The position numbers were made by a program, and so were the translations under genes. Under the pieces are notes generated by a model. It had not been told where the DNA came from and searched no databases. It saw nothing but the letters and a program-made list of their open reading frames with translations. DNA of 62,916 nt, the filler included, from Stramenopiles sp. TOSAG23-6 (lineage: Eukaryota), in the NCBI GenBank assembly GCA_900128565.1. It is 10 parts of 10 records of this genome, joined end to end, with 100 filler letters (N's around TTAATTAATTAA, not from the genome) between each part and the next. Parts side by side here need not be neighbours in the genome. Positions count along the whole stretch, not along the records: positions 60,095 to 61,455 come from LT639172.1; positions 61,556 to 62,916 come from LT639173.1; 8 more parts are not named here. One strand, given 5' to 3'. Below are positions 59,995 to 62,916 of this stretch, piece by piece (position 1 is the first letter of the stretch; each line of letters opens with the position of its first letter).

Positions 59995-60144
59995 NNNNNN
60001 NNNNNNNNNNNNNNNNNNNNNNNNNNNNNNNNNNNNNNTTAATTAATTAANNNNNNNNNNNNNNNNNNNNNNNNNNNNNNNNNNNNNNNNNNNNACAAAA
60101 TTTCGTACGAAAAAAAATCGAAATTGAAAAAAAATAAAACATAC

Positions 60145-60807
60145 ATGGTTGGGCGAAGCTGTAAAACCACCACGAGGACTCATATATCTAGAGCTCATCA
60201 GTGGCGATTGATTGTCTGGAATACGAATACATTCCACAACTTGTCCATTAACTACCTTGACTTTGGCCCAGTAGGTACCGGTCGTCATAGCTGGAGATAA
60301 CGGGAGAAAAGGTACACTTTCAACGGACATGTTAATTCGTCCATTTCCGTTATTATTTCCTTGGAGTCTTGGTGACATATTACTATTAGTGTTGACACAT
60401 TGAGGAAATGGCGTCATTTTGTATTTACTACCACTTCTATCGCTGCTTCCACTAAATGTGCGTACAAGTGGGCGCACGTTGCCGTTTGGAGAAAACGTAT
60501 CGCTAGTCTTTCGCTTCTTATTTGAAGAATTCATCGCGCCTTGGTTGCTAGAAGGAGAACCAGGAGAGACAGTTTCCATTTTTATATTGATATCACCAGT
60601 ATCAGCAACATCTTTTGTAGCTAATTTACGACGGTAACCTGACAAGCATGCTGCTTTGGACTCAAATATGCCGTGGTCTCCAACTTGCTCGCCATTGAAT
60701 TCTTTTAACGTAGTGGTCGTTGACTGACTTGGAACAGTCGTTTCAGCTATCATAATTATGAGAGGTTTCTGAACCACGTAGACAGATGTTTTATCAATAG
60801 ATGTCAA
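60145..60807 (-). CDS. Hypothetical S/P/N-rich protein, first exon
   Basis: Open frame ending at a family donor (AAC CAT|GTATGTTTT, 60144). Confidence 0.45.
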
Positions 60808-61226
60808 TCAGCCCGATCAATACTGAAATTAAGTATAAACTCCTTCAAGTCAAACAAAATCTCAACAAAAAGAATCAAGCTTACCGGTTATTAGGAGAAC
60901 GGTTATCAGACACCTTCTCAGTTCTATGAAACGGACGATGTCGATGTATAACGGTCGTCGAAACGTTTACCCGGAAACAGTCAAAAATCATATTTCGTGG
61001 AAGGTACCGGGTAACCACCAATTTAAAATTGTATGACAGATGACTATTCTAATAAAAAGTACAATGTTTCACTTGATACCGCAATTACTACGAAAAATCA
61101 ATTAAAATCAATTAAAATCAATACAATTTTATAACGTAAAATGAAAATGAAAAGACTTATTGTTGTTTACACTGTTGTTCTCCATTTTCATCGTCCTTTA
61201 TTTCATTTTTTTCGCCTGATGTCATC

Positions 61227-61332
61227 ATGTATTTTGGAAAAATATTTCAAAAAAAAAAATCGTTAGGTACAAAATTTTTATAAAAAAAAAAATAAATTCG
61301 ATTTTTTTGTAAAAAAAAAAAATAAAACGTAC
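61227..61332 (-). mobile_element. Introner-like intron (TSD AT) in the 3' fragment of an unknown gene
   Basis: GAC AT|GTACG...AAATACAT|G ATG ACA. Confidence 0.72.
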
Positions 61333-61555
61333 ATGTCATGGTTGTAGACAATATCAAATTGAGAGTCTAATAACGGTTCTCCACGAATCTTGTCTATTAA
61401 TTTCATCGACTTATCTGTTATGATGTTAGTGTCTGAAGAAACATTTTCTTTTTCTNNNNNNNNNNNNNNNNNNNNNNNNNNNNNNNNNNNNNNNNNNNNT
61501 TAATTAATTAANNNNNNNNNNNNNNNNNNNNNNNNNNNNNNNNNNNNNNNNNNNN

Positions 61556-62916
61556 GTAAAACCNCTTGGTAATACTACAAATACTTGCGCAATTTATTAT
61601 ACAAGTTCAAATGAATCATTCTGTTATTTTATTGATTTTACTTTCATGTTTCGAGCAGATCCATTCATCCACTCACGTCGGTAGAGATGAAAGTGAAAGC
61701 ACGTATCGTAACCTAACCCAAACCCTAAATGAAGTCGAGCAGTCCGGAACCCCGGCCGGAACAGGGGAAAAAATTTTGGAACTTCTAAACAAAATTGGTG
61801 GAAAAGATTTTGATTTTCTGACTTCGGAATGTGATATATGTAGGGAGGAGATGAAGAATTGTATACTTGGATGTGGTCATGGTATTTGTGAGACGTGTGT
61901 CGAAGAATTGTTTGCTAGAGGAATGACGTGTCATCAGTGCCGGGAGGATATCGCGAAAGTAGTTAAAATCGGAAAAAGTGATGACGGCGTGAAAGTTAGT
62001 GTTGCACGTGAACGTGATGGAGCAGATGACGAAGAAAATTTTCCACAGCAGCAGCCTGTCGAGGTGGCACCTAACGTTTGGACGGTGAATGCGCATGTTT
62101 CTCCTGCACAACTATACTATGCTGGAGCGGAGAAAGCTAGCCTTCGTATGGGAGAATATGAATTTGAATACCCTTTAGAAGCTAGGTCCGAAATTTTTNT
62201 CTTAATGANTGNGAAACTTTTAACTTATCCCTCTGGTAATCCTCGTCAACACGCTGTTTCTGAAGAGAATTTGCAACGTCTGTATGACGGTTTAACTGAG
62301 GAACAAAAACAAAATTTCATCGACGAAATGATGCCACGTTTATCGTGGTTCATGGTGGGCCTTTTACATCATACTGAACAAAATCCGGTTCCAGACACGT
62401 CGTGTACACAGAGATTCTTTCGAGGAGCATCATATTGCTTGAAGCAGGGCTTGTTGGTTGCCCCTATGGGGATTTACCTTCATGCTCTGCAATATCACCT
62501 TTCGTCGTTTGCATCATACATTCTACCACACACTACAAATTCATCCCTCGCAATGTAAATATATCAACCCTCTAAGCGGTCCTCCAACTGACAACACAGT
62601 CAAAAACACTTTTTTTTTTGAACCCTAAAAAATAAAATACTTATCACTTTGAATCAATATTAAAAAGTCGTGACTGCTGTGTCAAAACTTATTGCGGGTG
62701 CAATCAAAGGATATTATATTGTATTGTAATAACAATATTTTCATTCGTCCAAAACAGGTTTTTTCGTGTCATGGTATACGTTAATCGCGGATCGATTAAA
62801 GAACACTCAAAGAACACTCAAAGAGCCAGCTCGTGCCAGCTCGTGTTCGCTTCAATATTGAGTAAAACCTTTTGGTAATACTACAAATACTTGCGCAATT
62901 TATTATACAAGTTCAA
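61556..62916. repeat. 55-nt direct terminal repeat (61556-61610 and 62862-62916): circular contig or collapsed tandem array with a 1306-nt unit
   Basis: GTAAAACC..TTGGTAATACTACAAATACTTGCGCAATTTATTATACAAGTTCAA at both ends. Confidence 0.85.
61611..62558 (+). CDS. RING-HC protein with a signal-peptide-like N-terminus
   Basis: CDIC...CGHGICETC...CHQC (C3HC4); start MNHSVILLILLSCFEQIHS. Confidence 0.75.
   Translation: MNHSVILLILLSCFEQIHSSTHVGRDESESTYRNLTQTLNEVEQSGTPAGTGEKILELLNKIGGKDFDFLTSECDICREEMKNCILGCGHGICETCVEELFARGMTCHQCREDIAKVVKIGKSDDGVKVSVARERDGADDEENFPQQQPVEVAPNVWTVNAHVSPAQLYYAGAEKASLRMGEYEFEYPLEARSEIFXLMXXKLLTYPSGNPRQHAVSEENLQRLYDGLTEEQKQNFIDEMMPRLSWFMVGLLHHTEQNPVPDTSCTQRFFRGASYCLKQGLLVAPMGIYLHALQYHLSSFASYILPHTTNSSLAM

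Overview
An AT-rich eukaryotic genome, probably a flagellated protist such as a stramenopile (inference). The window is ten unrelated contigs joined by artificial 100-nt N-TTAATTAATTAA-N linkers, so adjacency across linkers is meaningless. Recognisable genes: a PTPA-TIP41 fusion, delta-tubulin, a Helitron-like PIF1 helicase, RPN6, RAD23, an NMNAT-like enzyme, an FAD-linked oxidase, a Ser/Thr kinase, a PPR protein, MUS81, a large ARM/PH/PDZ/FYVE-like protein, oligopeptidase B, a CFAP97-like protein, NDUFAF3, a P4-ATPase, a C69 dipeptidase, ATP synthase gamma, an LRR protein, RPB1 and a RING protein. Main observation: about 45 copies (hand count, excluding the mirrored arm) of one 60-240 nt repeat family, mostly interrupting coding exons in the sense orientation. 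Consensus: GTAYGTTTT...TTTCRTACGAAATTTYGTACCTAACRATTTTT...GAAATATTTTTCACAATAC. Each copy has a GT donor and a CTAAC branch-point-like motif but no AG acceptor. Conserved reading frames are restored by removing GTA...TAC plus two more nucleotides, which usually duplicate the last two exon bases. This looks like an introner-type mobile intron family with a 2-bp target-site duplication and non-canonical GT-AT/GT/AA/TT boundaries, coexisting with normal GT-AG introns. Splicing is inferred from protein conservation only; no RNA evidence is available.
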